Source: a virus. Taken from it: a DNA stretch of 64,000 bases. Below are positions 49,421-58,233 of this stretch, piece after piece. The translations under genes were made by a program, and so were the position numbers. Position 1 is the stretch's first letter; every line of letters starts with the position of its first letter. The stretch lies in IMG/VR virus record IMGVR_UViG_3300010430_000022, positions 10,466 through 74,465 of that record; one strand, given 5' to 3'. The notes under the pieces are model-generated. The model was not told the DNA's origin, did not search any database, and was given only the letters and a program-made list of their open reading frames with translations.

Positions 49421-49977
49421 TAGCCACGCTTTGGCAACGCCCTAATCGTTCCGGTTAGGGGCAGGTGTCCGTGTTTGATCTTGCCTCCGACCTTACGAGG
49501 CACCGCAACACGATCTCCACGCTGCTGGGCCAGCAGATCGTTGCTCTGCACCGGCTTAGCTCCCGGCGCGTGCGAGATCGTGATGTGTGGGTGCTCCTTC
49601 TTCGTGAGGTGTTCGACACCTGAGACGCGAACAGCGTGGATCCCCATCTTCTCATCGTCAGCATGATGCGTCGCGTGGAGGTTCACTGTCTTCTTATGTT
49701 CCGGTGTGTTGTGGAACCGGTCGAGATCCTCTTGGGATGGGTCGTAGTTCAGCGTGACGTGATCGGCGGTTCGCGACTTGTACTTCGACGGGAAGTGCTG
49801 CGCCAACGCCTTCTTAGAGCCGTGGCTCAGTTCAAGCGCAAGATAGTGGCTGTCTGGGGAGTAGGGCGTTCCGCTAGCCGGCGCCGACTGTCGGTCAGAC
49901 TTCGTTCGACGCTCACGGGGCGTAGGCGTTCCGGTCCCAAAGCCTTCGATCAAGAGAGGTGTTCGGCGAAGATTCAT
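49417..49977 (-). CDS. 2H phosphoesterase (tRNA-ligase cyclic-phosphodiesterase-like), His-rich
   Basis: Two H-x-T motifs: 'DHVTL' and 'PHITIS...KPVQSNDLL'; N-terminus MNLRRTPLLIE. Confidence 0.8.
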   Translation of the reverse strand: MNLRRTPLLIEGFGTGTPTPRERRTKSDRQSAPASGTPYSPDSHYLALELSHGSKKALAQHFPSKYKSRTADHVTLNYDPSQEDLDRFHNTPEHKKTVNLHATHHADDEKMGIHAVRVSGVEHLTKKEHPHITISHAPGAKPVQSNDLLAQQRGDRVAVPRKVGGKIKHGHLPLTGTIRALPKRGY

Positions 49978-50642
49978 GAGGTTTTTGGCATCGATCCGGC
50001 AGATCCCCAGTGCTCGTCGTCGACGTGATGCAGCGTGTGCTTCACTCCGAGGTCACTGAGAACCTTCCTGAAGTGTTCAATGTGCTCGGGACGGTCGTCC
50101 CACATGTGAACGTGTTTGAGATGTGGGTGCTCTGAATGGAAACGCTTGAGCATGTGCCCCTTCCACTCAGCAGTCTTCATAGGCTTCTTCTTACCGTCCT
50201 GCGGAGGCTTCAGGAAGAGGTCGTGACCGTGCTTGTGTCCCCTCACCCCGAGCTTGTGCAGGGTATGAGACACAGCGTCTTGCATATCCGGCTTGGCGAC
50301 GCGTCCGGTCATGACCACGACTCTGCTATGCGGAGATGCTTTAGCGGCGTGATAGTTCTTGAGCGTGTGCTCGATTGGGTGCGTCTCGAACGGGTGACGA
50401 AGCGTCTTGTGGTCCCCCCACCAGTCACCAGGCTTGCTGCCTCGTGGATTCGTCCTGCTACGTGAGTGGTAGCGATAGAGATCCTTGTTCTGCGATGTTG
50501 GCTCAGGCGTCCTGGCCAGGGTGCCGTCCATGTCGAAGATGTGGAGGTGTTTCGCATTGCGAGACTCAATGAGGAGCGCAACCTCCTCTGCTCGGATGGC
50601 CTCAAGAATCGGGCTGATTGCTCGAATGGTGCGACTTCTCAT
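49974..50642 (-). CDS. HAD phosphatase (RNA-repair / Pnkp 3'-phosphatase-like), His-rich
   Basis: 'IFDMDGTLARTP', 'WW', 'MTGR', 'LFLKP', 'WK', 'WDDRPEH'. Confidence 0.85.
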   Translation of the reverse strand: MRSRTIRAISPILEAIRAEEVALLIESRNAKHLHIFDMDGTLARTPEPTSQNKDLYRYHSRSRTNPRGSKPGDWWGDHKTLRHPFETHPIEHTLKNYHAAKASPHSRVVVMTGRVAKPDMQDAVSHTLHKLGVRGHKHGHDLFLKPPQDGKKKPMKTAEWKGHMLKRFHSEHPHLKHVHMWDDRPEHIEHFRKVLSDLGVKHTLHHVDDEHWGSAGSMPKTS

Positions 50643-50930
50643 CTATCCCTTATGCCCCGATCCTGGCAGCTTGGCACGTTTCACTACGCGGCCCTTGATC
50701 TTCGACTTCAACTGTCGCCTCTTCTCGGGTGGAACGAAGATCAACTTTCCCTTACGGAAGATGTATTGGGGATGCTTCTTCGACCACCTTTTCCGCTCCT
50801 GTTGCCAGAGCCATTTAGCTGCTCGCTTAGCCCCAAAGGTGGCAGAGGGCCGTTTCTTGGACATCCGCTCCTTCGACGATTGGCGACGGACCTGTAGTGC
50901 CTCGCACAGAAGTGGTGTCCGGGTAAGCAT
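50643..50930 (-). CDS. Small very basic protein with LTRTPLLCE N-terminus
   Basis: MLTRTPLLCEA; TAGACT 6 nt upstream. Confidence 0.6.
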   Translation of the reverse strand: MLTRTPLLCEALQVRRQSSKERMSKKRPSATFGAKRAAKWLWQQERKRWSKKHPQYIFRKGKLIFVPPEKRRQLKSKIKGRVVKRAKLPGSGHKG

Positions 50931-50992
50931 GGACCCAGTCTACCTAACTACTTAGGTGCCAGCGACCATGTCTTTCGGCTAGAATCGGGAGG

Positions 50993-52261
50993 ATGACGCA
51001 AGGTAAACCGAAGATGAGTCGTGCGGCGCTACGATGCGGCTCTGTAGCTGTGAGTGTGCTCAAGCCGGGCACTAAACGCTATGAGCGGTGGTTGGCCAGG
51101 CGAAACCGCCGCCGGGCTGCGACCATGCGGAAGAAGCAAGAAGAGGACACCATGTTCGAGGAGCGAGAAGCTGACAAGACCGGGGCGCTCACCTGCGGCG
51201 TCTTCCTCCCGCTCCCCTATGACCTCGCCAAGGACTTCCCGGATAAGAGCGAGCACGACGACTCGGTGCCGCACTACACACTGCTCTTCGTGGGCCCTTG
51301 CACCCCTGCGCAGTTCAAGACGCTTGTCATGGTCATTCGAGGTGTTGCGGTCAAGTTGAAGCCATTCCCTATGGACCTTGCCTCCTACGGCGAGTTCATG
51401 AACAAGGAGGGAATGAAGATCTCCAACATGGGGCCTAGCTTGATCGCTCGATTCCGAATGGCGGCTCTTCACGGCATACTCCGACGCGCCGTCGAGTCGC
51501 TGGCTAAAGGGGTCACGGTGAAGCACACCTACGGACCTGGAGAGTCGAAGTCGATCCCATACGAAGCCCAGTTCAAGCCTCACGCGACCCTGGCTTACCT
51601 TCCGCGCATGATGCCCTACCGAGGCCCGAAGCCAACTGGTAGTTGGAACGTCACTGAGCTTGAGGTCTGGGGCCACGAGAAGGTCCGGATCCCGCTCGGC
51701 AAGACCCTAGCGCGCCAGCCTATTGGCCTGACGCGTGATCCCATCAAGTTCGATTACCCCATGGCCGTCCCTGAGGTCTCGACTGGCAAAGGCAAGGGCA
51801 AGCCCAAGCTGGAGGACAGGATTCCTGGTGGTCTGGCCGATAATTCCGGCCCCGACGATTTCGACCCCAAGCAACTCGCGAAGGGCGTCAAGGTCGAGTT
51901 GGAGCACACCAGCAGCCGCGCCATTGCTACAGAGATCGCCATGGATCATCTGAAGGAGGACCCTCGCTACTACTCCAAGTTGGAGAAGATCCATACCGAA
52001 AGCACGTCGTCGGGCAACATCGCTGCGCCAAACGTGAAGAAGTGGGGAGAGGCGTTCTTGCGCGAACCGCTGCACCTGCGAGCACGCAGCGGAGATCCAT
52101 TCCTCCAGGGAGAGGATGTGGTCGGCGGCTCCATGGGTGCCATGGGTAAGGGGGTCGGTGGCTCCAGTGGGGATATCGGTCTCGACGGATCTCTGCCCTA
52201 CCTAGAGGTGCAGAAGCAGATCGACAAGAAGCTGCGCCGGAAGAAGCTCAAGGGCCTGTAG
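50993..52261 (+). CDS. 2H phosphoesterase fused to a DUF5661-like domain
   Basis: 'PHYTL' and 'PHATL'; 'QLAKGVKVELEHT...IAMDHL.EDPRYYSKL'. Confidence 0.75.
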   Translation: MTQGKPKMSRAALRCGSVAVSVLKPGTKRYERWLARRNRRRAATMRKKQEEDTMFEEREADKTGALTCGVFLPLPYDLAKDFPDKSEHDDSVPHYTLLFVGPCTPAQFKTLVMVIRGVAVKLKPFPMDLASYGEFMNKEGMKISNMGPSLIARFRMAALHGILRRAVESLAKGVTVKHTYGPGESKSIPYEAQFKPHATLAYLPRMMPYRGPKPTGSWNVTELEVWGHEKVRIPLGKTLARQPIGLTRDPIKFDYPMAVPEVSTGKGKGKPKLEDRIPGGLADNSGPDDFDPKQLAKGVKVELEHTSSRAIATEIAMDHLKEDPRYYSKLEKIHTESTSSGNIAAPNVKKWGEAFLREPLHLRARSGDPFLQGEDVVGGSMGAMGKGVGGSSGDIGLDGSLPYLEVQKQIDKKLRRKKLKGL

Positions 52262-52578
52262 TGCTAGAGCGTACCCCCCTGCTCCTTGAACGAGACAAGA
52301 AGCTCGCCTTCCACGGCGGTTCACTCAACCGACACACCCCGCGGGAGAGAGCCTGGCTCCCAAAGCGCTATCGTGCGAAGCACAAGGATGGGCATTTCCG
52401 TCGGAACCCTAAGGGGAAGCTCAAGAAGCGCGCCGGTGATCCTTTGCGGGATGAGCCGCTTCGCCACGACATCGAGAAGCGCGCCAGAAACCGCCACAGG
52501 CACTCTCACGTTCACTCCGACGTCTCCCTAGACCTTATGCGGACTGAACTTCTGCTGGATCACGACAAGAAGACGTGA
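52261..52578 (+). CDS. Small basic His-rich protein with LERTPLLLE N-terminus
   Basis: MLERTPLLLER ... LMRTELLLD. Confidence 0.6.
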   Translation: MLERTPLLLERDKKLAFHGGSLNRHTPRERAWLPKRYRAKHKDGHFRRNPKGKLKKRAGDPLRDEPLRHDIEKRARNRHRHSHVHSDVSLDLMRTELLLDHDKKT

Positions 52579-52786
52579 CCGAAAAAGAGCTTTCCGCCGG
52601 GCCGGTGGAAAAAAGGAAAGCCAGACTCTAACGCTGAGATTGCTAGCGCAGTCTCGACGGTTAAGTCTGACGACGCACTTGCTTTAGGCGCAGACGAGTA
52701 GATTCTCAGTTCTTCGCGACAGCCGATGCCCCCTGCTTGGTAAATGAACCTGAACACAGGTAAGCCCAAGCGCAGGAGGTGGTGCA

Positions 52787-54529
52787 ATGGCTAACAAGGC
52801 AGTTTTCGGTAGCGCACAGCGTGGCCGCAAGGTCCCCGAGACCGACACCAAGAACAAGGCCGGTGGCGTCGCGTACGCATTCGGTCCCCAGCACGCCCTG
52901 GCGCAGCTTGCCTGCACCGGAACCTTCAACGACACGTTCTACGGCAAGGCCGTCGACCAACTGGAGGGCATCCGCAAGGCCGCCGACCAGTGCTCGCCGG
53001 AGTTCATCGCTAAGTGTGCCGTCTACGCCCGTGAGCGTGGCTACATGAAGGACATGCCGGCCGCTCTGGCCGTCATCCTGTCCAAGGCCGATCCGGTTCT
53101 GTTGGACAAGGTCTTCGACCGGACCATCGACAACGGCAAGCAACTTCGGAACTTCGTCCAGTTCATCCGTTCGGGCGCCTTCGGGCGTAAGAGCTTCGGC
53201 TCCGGCCCGAAGCGGCTGATCGCACGCTGGTTCAACCAGCGCTCGGACGAGGCGATCTTCCGCGCTTCCGTCGGGAACTCCCCGTCGCTCGGTGACGTCC
53301 TCAAGCTGGCTCGCGTTTCGGGTAAGGCCGTTTCGCCACAGCGTCGTGCTCTCTACGGTTACCTGATCGGTTGTCGCGCTGCGGCTCTTGGTGAGGAACT
53401 GGAGCAGGTCACCAAGACCGAGGACGGCAAGACTCGTCGCACCAACCGCTTCAATCCAGCCGATCTCCCTGAGATCGTCAAGGGCTACGAGGCGTGGAAG
53501 CGCGGCGAGCGGACCGGCGAGGTCCCGAACGTCGACTTCCGGATGCTGACCGGCCTCCCGCTCACGCGTGAGGACTGGGTGCAGATCGCGAAGCGTGGTC
53601 GCTGGCACCAGACTCGGATGAACCTGAACACCTATGCTCGTCATGGCGTGTTCGAGATCACCGGCATGGAGGCAGTGATCGCCGGCAAGCTGAAGGATGA
53701 GGACCAGATCCGCAAGGCGAAGGTCTTCCCCTACCAGCTTCTCGCGGCCTACCTGAACACGGGTCCGGAGAACACCACTCCTGGCTACGGTGGCTACGGC
53801 TGGCGGCGTGCTCAGGTGACGGCGAAGCCTCAGGTCACGGTCCCCCAGAGGGTCCGCCTGGCGCTTCAGGACGCGCTGGAAGTCGCAACCGAGAACGTTC
53901 CTGCCTACGATGGCCGCGTTGCGGTCGTTGTGGACACGTCGGGCTCGATGCAGTCTTCGGTCACTGGTATTCGTCAGGGTGCTACCTCGAAGGTCACCTG
54001 TGTGGACGTTGCGGCCCTCGTGGCAGCGACGGTCATGCGGAAGAACCCTCTCGCGGTCGTCGTCCCAGTCGACACCCAGGTTCACCGGTCAGACATGCTG
54101 AACCCTCGGGACAGCATCATGACCAACGCGGACAAGCTCCGTCGCCTCGGCGGCGGTGGGACGGACCTCGGTGCCGCCATGCGGTTCATCGAGACCTCCA
54201 AGGCCGCGCCAGACCTCATCATCATGGTGAGTGACAACGAGTCGTGGTTCAACCCAGGTGGCGCGCGTCGCTACTACCAGGGGACGTCGGTGCAAGAGTC
54301 GTGGCAGCGGATCCGTTCGCGGAACCCCAACGCCAAGATGGTCTGCATCGACATCCAGGTTACGCAGAACACGCAAGCGCTCGACGGACACGGTGTCATG
54401 AACATCGGTGGGTTCTCAGACACGATCTGGAACACCATTTCACGGTTCGTCTCGAACGAGGGTCCCGAGACCTGGGTCGAAGAGATCAACTCTGTTGATC
54501 TCGACGCGCCCAAGCGGGTCAGGGGCTAG
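52787..54529 (+). CDS. rsr: Ro60/Rsr TROVE-domain RNA-binding protein with vWA domain
   Basis: AGGAGGT RBS; 'N.AGG.AY', 'TGTFNDTFY', 'MKDMPA', 'RMNLNT..RHG', 'FPYQL', vWA 'DTSGSM', 'GGGTD', 'SDNESW', 'IGGFSD'. Confidence 0.93.
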   Translation: MANKAVFGSAQRGRKVPETDTKNKAGGVAYAFGPQHALAQLACTGTFNDTFYGKAVDQLEGIRKAADQCSPEFIAKCAVYARERGYMKDMPAALAVILSKADPVLLDKVFDRTIDNGKQLRNFVQFIRSGAFGRKSFGSGPKRLIARWFNQRSDEAIFRASVGNSPSLGDVLKLARVSGKAVSPQRRALYGYLIGCRAAALGEELEQVTKTEDGKTRRTNRFNPADLPEIVKGYEAWKRGERTGEVPNVDFRMLTGLPLTREDWVQIAKRGRWHQTRMNLNTYARHGVFEITGMEAVIAGKLKDEDQIRKAKVFPYQLLAAYLNTGPENTTPGYGGYGWRRAQVTAKPQVTVPQRVRLALQDALEVATENVPAYDGRVAVVVDTSGSMQSSVTGIRQGATSKVTCVDVAALVAATVMRKNPLAVVVPVDTQVHRSDMLNPRDSIMTNADKLRRLGGGGTDLGAAMRFIETSKAAPDLIIMVSDNESWFNPGGARRYYQGTSVQESWQRIRSRNPNAKMVCIDIQVTQNTQALDGHGVMNIGGFSDTIWNTISRFVSNEGPETWVEEINSVDLDAPKRVRG

Positions 54530-54540
54530 CTAGAACAAGT

Positions 54541-54576
54541 AAGAGGCGGGGATCAGGTGACTGGTCTCCGCCTCTT
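54541..54576 (+). terminator. Stem-loop after rsr
   Basis: AAGAGGCGGGGATCAG...CTGGTCTCCGCCTCTT. Confidence 0.6.
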
Positions 54577-54591
54577 GCGTTTGAGGTATGT

Positions 54592-54774
54592 ATGCGGAAG
54601 AAGAACTATAAGCTGTTGGCAGAGCGGGCGATCCGCCTCAGCTATCATCATCCGATACCCGTCAAGTGCCCCTCCTGTGGTGCGCTGGGACGGCACGCTG
54701 ATAAGGAGACGCTCTGGTGCATTCTCTGCGCCGAAGCCCTTGAGGCGCTCCAGAAACCAAACACAGGGGCCTGA
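54592..54774 (+). CDS. Small Zn-finger protein
   Basis: GAGG RBS; CPSC...CILC. Confidence 0.45.
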   Translation: MRKKNYKLLAERAIRLSYHHPIPVKCPSCGALGRHADKETLWCILCAEALEALQKPNTGA

Positions 54775-54840
54775 ATGCCTGTTGGTGCTACTTCTTATGC
54801 AAAGAAACCACCTCAGCATCGACGATTCTCGTCAGGCCCT
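54766..54840 (+). ncRNA. Y-RNA-like element A (minimal)
   Basis: GGGCCTGAATGC...TACTTC...TTCTCGTCAGGCCC with paired ends. Confidence 0.65.
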
Positions 54841-55022
54841 CTTTTCTCTCGCACACAGCCGCACGCGACTGGTATGAGAGACTGAGGCACCTAGCCTCAC
54901 CGCTTCTTTGACAATTCGCTTGCCTTCTAACGAAGCAGGGTCCCCTAGAGATTCGCACTTGTGCGGTCTCTGAGATGGGGGCAAAAGGCCGGGTGGGAGT
55001 CCCGGGTCCTGCTACTAACGAA

Positions 55023-55160
55023 GGTCCCAAATGCCTGTAGGAAGTACATCCACTCCAACAACGTGGACGTAGCTCAATTGGCAGAGCGCCGGGTTAATAG
55101 CCCGGAGGATGTGGGTTCGAATCCCACCGTCAAATTCTTTCTGCGCTACTCGTTGGGGCC
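55023..55160 (+). ncRNA. Y-RNA-like element B containing a near-complete tRNA module (AAT loop)
   Basis: GGTCCCAAATGCC..TACATC [tRNA-like] ..CTACTCGTTGGGGCC. Confidence 0.75.
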
Positions 55161-55171
55161 TATTACACAAA

Positions 55172-55280
55172 CGTTTGAAGGGAGTTGCTGGGGTAGGTAG
55201 AGCCTATCTTTCGATGTTGAGTTTCAAGGACTCCGGTCCCTCTTCTGTCGGCCCCAGCCGCTCCCTGATCTCTTCTAAAC
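55172..55280 (+). ncRNA. Unassigned long-hairpin RNA
   Basis: GTTTGAAG/CTTCTAAAC and GGAGTTGCTGGGG/CCCCAGCCGCTCC pairing; lies between two Y-like RNAs. Confidence 0.4.
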
Positions 55281-55284
55281 AAAC

Positions 55285-55410
55285 GATCCGAATGCTTGTT
55301 GGGGATTACATCAACCATACGAGCGGGGCAGTAGTTGTCGCACGCCGAAAGGCGTGAGTGGGAGCATCACCCACCCGGTAAAACTTCTCTCTGGCGCTAC
55401 TCGTCGGATC
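55285..55410 (+). ncRNA. Y-RNA-like element C (tRNA-like module, GNRA-capped anticodon arm)
   Basis: GATCCGAATGC..TACATC..CACGCC-GAAA-GGCGTG..CTACTCGTCGGATC. Confidence 0.75.
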
Positions 55411-55420
55411 ACTCATCTAA

Positions 55421-55835
55421 GGGGACGACATGGCTTCGACTGGCTGTGGAAATCTCAAGTGCGTGTCGAGGTTGATCGAATGGCCTCGTTAAAAGTCGAT
55501 CACAACGCTAACTGCCAACGCAACTAGCACCCCAGAGTGGCTCTCGGACGATGCCCTCGCCAGCTTCATGGCTGACGTGGACGCGCCCGTGGCCGCACTC
55601 GTCTAGCACGAGACTCTCTCGACCTGATCCCCCGCCCATGGGGTGACGTGTTCGAGCCACAAGATGGGCTTTAGCCGGACCTGATCCTCGTCGGGAAAGG
55701 CCAAGAACAAACAGAGGAAGCCGAGTTCCCATCATTGCTCACCACAAGGGGACGGGTACATAACCGGGTGAGATACACACGTAGATCTTGAGCCAGAAGT
55801 AGTTCAGGACCCGAGTTCGATTCTCGGCGTCTCCA
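55421..55835 (+). ncRNA. ssrA: tmRNA
   Basis: 5' GGGGACGAC..GGCTTCGAC; 3' GAGTTCGATTCTC..CGTCTCCA with G3:U; pk1-like region, TAACT then tag ORF 55514-55606. Confidence 0.93.
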
Positions 55836-55892
55836 AAGCCGCTAAACAGGGAGCGGTTCCCGGCTTGCCATAGCCGGGGAGAATCCCTGCTT

Positions 55893-56028
55893 GAAGAAGG
55901 ACAACACTCCAGCACATCACGGTCTTCAACCGGTTGTCGACGCTTGCTGGGTGTGCCTGCCGGTTGCAGGCGACCCGCCTCGAACGGGTCGTGGTCCCCC
56001 ACGCGAGGTTCGATTCCTCCCTTCTTCG
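55893..56028 (+). ncRNA. 8/4-fold tRNA-like RNA with an extra arm
   Basis: GAAGAAGG/CCTTCTTC acceptor; GAGG-TTCGATT-CCTC T arm; anticodon arm with TCG loop. Confidence 0.55.
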
Positions 56029-56080
56029 TGTTGGTTGTGTACAGACCAACGTGGGCGTCTGGGTAGCTCCCAGATGTCAA

Positions 56081-56141
56081 GAAAGAGTGCTGTGGTGGCA
56101 GGCGCGCAAGCGTCGTGAGGTTCGACTCCTCGACTCTTCCT
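56081..56141 (+). ncRNA. Mini tRNA mimic without an anticodon
   Basis: AAGAGT/ACTCTT stem; GGCGC-GCAA-GCGTC; GAGG-TTCGACT-CCTC. Confidence 0.5.
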
Positions 56142-56176
56142 CTCTAGAGAATGCCAGGCACCAGCATTGAAGGGCC

Positions 56177-56273
56177 ACCGGCGAGACCAGACGTCGCCTT
56201 GATTGGGCTGCCTCCTCCCCCTTGGCCGCCCTCCGGAAATCGAGGAGCGCGGGTGCGACTCCCGTCGCCGGCA
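56177..56273 (+). ncRNA. Degenerate tRNA-like RNA
   Basis: CCGGCG/CGCCGG stem; T arm GCGGG-TGCGACT-CCCGT; irregular middle. Confidence 0.3.
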
Positions 56274-56308
56274 TCAAACACGTCGCCTCACGTTGGTATA
56301 ACCAGCGC

Positions 56309-56890
56309 GTGGGGAGACCGATCCAAAGCGAGTTCAAGTGTGAGTTCTGTCGCAAGCCCGTCGTGGCCACAGGCGGGAGACAACGCACCTGCTTAGGGAA
56401 ATCCTGCAAGCTCAAGCTCCGCAGCAAACGTCGCAAGAAGAAGCGACGCGTCGAGCGCAAAGAGTCGCCCAAGACATGCGTCTGGTGTCTTGGTCCAATT
56501 ACATCGATAGGCAAGCGAAAGTATCACCCTGAGTGTCGAGCAGAGAAGAACCGCGAGCGTGTTCGTCTCTACCATGCGACGCACGAGCCAAACTCCGATC
56601 CGGAGCCGCGCACGTTCAAGACATTCGTGACTTGTGTGATCTGCAAGAAGCGCGAGCGACGATCTGGGGCTCGGCAAGTGACCTGCTCCAACGACGTCTG
56701 CAAGCGCGCGAGAGCGCAGCAGAACAAGAAGCGTCGCCGAGAGATGGCGAAGCACATGGAAACGCTTCGAGAGGCTCTACGAGAGAAGAAAGAAGCGGCG
56801 TTCCACGCCTATAAGGGACCGAAGCGAGACGTTCGTGCAGGTCTCGTCATTGAGGCACACGACCGCTTGATCCATCGAATCACGCATTAG
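56309..56890 (+). CDS. Basic multi-Zn-finger protein
   Basis: Three CxxC...C/H..C modules; TGGTATAAC promoter-like element 6 nt before GTG. Confidence 0.65.
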   Translation: MGRPIQSEFKCEFCRKPVVATGGRQRTCLGKSCKLKLRSKRRKKKRRVERKESPKTCVWCLGPITSIGKRKYHPECRAEKNRERVRLYHATHEPNSDPEPRTFKTFVTCVICKKRERRSGARQVTCSNDVCKRARAQQNKKRRREMAKHMETLREALREKKEAAFHAYKGPKRDVRAGLVIEAHDRLIHRITH

Positions 56891-56904
56891 CCAAAGGAGA
56901 GGTT

Positions 56905-57426
56905 ATGGCAGCGTTGTCCAAGGAAGAACGAGAAACCCGCGTCAAGTGCATGAAGCGCTTCGGCATCTGGCTCAAGGGGCAGGGCAAGACCCAACGTTGG
57001 GCCGGCGAGACCCTCGGGATCTATCACGGCTACGTGAGCAACCTCATCACCGGCAAGCAAGTGGCTAGTGAGGAGGTCTGTCGAGGCGCCGACAAGCTGA
57101 TGGGCCCAAAGAAGAAGGCGAAGCGGAAGACCAAGAAGCCGGCGGAGAGTCCCATTGAGACCCTTCTTGTGATGAAGACCTGTCGGACCTGCGATCAGTG
57201 GGTCAAGAAGTCGCATCGTTGTGAGAGGCCGAAGCAGCCCGCGGGGCGTCCCAAGCGAGCGGTCGAGCGGAACAGATACATCGCTCGCCGCGCGCCGACC
57301 GTGGTCGAGATCGAGGCTGCCTGCGCCGTGGTGGTATCCTGGATCAGGAACATGCCGCCAGAAGAAGTAACACCGGACGATGTTGTCCACGTCACTAGGG
57401 GGCTGATAGCTGGATTCACCAGCTAG
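56905..57426 (+). CDS. XRE-like HTH DNA-binding protein
   Basis: AAGGAGAGG RBS; 'KTQRWAGETLGIYHGYVSNLITGK'. Confidence 0.7.
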   Translation: MAALSKEERETRVKCMKRFGIWLKGQGKTQRWAGETLGIYHGYVSNLITGKQVASEEVCRGADKLMGPKKKAKRKTKKPAESPIETLLVMKTCRTCDQWVKKSHRCERPKQPAGRPKRAVERNRYIARRAPTVVEIEAACAVVVSWIRNMPPEEVTPDDVVHVTRGLIAGFTS

Positions 57427-57485
57427 AGAAAGAGAGGGCTATCACCAAGAACTCGACGCGAAAGACCTGGCCAGATCCGACTGAG

Positions 57486-57701
57486 TTGAGCGACAAGCGC
57501 TGCAAGCGCTGCGAACAGCCGCTCAAACTCAAGCACCTCCTTCGAGCGAAGGAGAATCACCACCGCCCTCCAGACTTCTGCTACCCCTGTCTCCGTCAGA
57601 CACAGGGGAAGAAGACGTCGCGAGAGCGAAAGATCGAGCTAGCGAAGAAGCGTGCTCGGGAACGTGAGGCCCTCAAGAAGGGTCTAGGTGGTGCCGGCTA
57701 G
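57486..57701 (+). CDS. Small Zn-finger basic protein
   Basis: CKRC...CYPC. Confidence 0.5.
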   Translation: MSDKRCKRCEQPLKLKHLLRAKENHHRPPDFCYPCLRQTQGKKTSRERKIELAKKRAREREALKKGLGGAG

Positions 57702-57752
57702 CTGACGCCACCAATATGGGTCGCGTAGGTAAGAGCCTCCTCGATCCAACCT

Positions 57753-57818
57753 GCCGCTACTCTAGAGAACACTGGCTTTGTACGCTTCGTGTTGAGGGTG
57801 CAAATCCCTTTGGCGGCT
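57753..57818 (+). pseudogene. Degenerate tRNA-Thr(TGT)-like
   Basis: GCCGCTA/TGGCGGC acceptor; GAGGG-TGCAAAT-CCCTT; weak D and anticodon arms. Confidence 0.4.
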
Positions 57819-57882
57819 TTCGCTCTGCTATCCACGGACTTTGGTTGGTGTTAGACTGGCTAGATAGCCCAGGAGACGTCGC

Positions 57883-58233
57883 ATGGCACTCTACACCGCA
57901 CAAACGCTTCTCGTCCTCGAAGGTCTCTATGGCGTCGACTATGTCGACCGTATCCTCGATGAGGGGCTCAGTGATATGGCTCGCAAAGCGAAGCGTGCGC
58001 TAGGCACGAGAGCCGGGGCGGCTCTCGCAACTGGCGCACTCGCACTGGGCAGTGCAGGCGCCATCGGTGGTGGAACGGCTATCAGCTACAAGCGCCACAA
58101 GGATCAACAGGCAGACAACAGAAGGGCTCAGGAGATACAGAAGTCTGGACGCGCTGCTCTGAAGCGAGACAAACGGGCAGGCCAGCAGCGTCTTCGTGAT
58201 CTAGGCTACGTCGTCGACGCGCCGAGACGGTAG
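57883..58233 (+). CDS. Putative internal protein with propeptide and hydrophobic segment
   Basis: AGGAG RBS; MALYTAQTLLVLEG resembles the CCA enzyme N-terminus MYQAHTLLILED. Confidence 0.6.
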   Translation: MALYTAQTLLVLEGLYGVDYVDRILDEGLSDMARKAKRALGTRAGAALATGALALGSAGAIGGGTAISYKRHKDQQADNRRAQEIQKSGRAALKRDKRAGQQRLRDLGYVVDAPRR

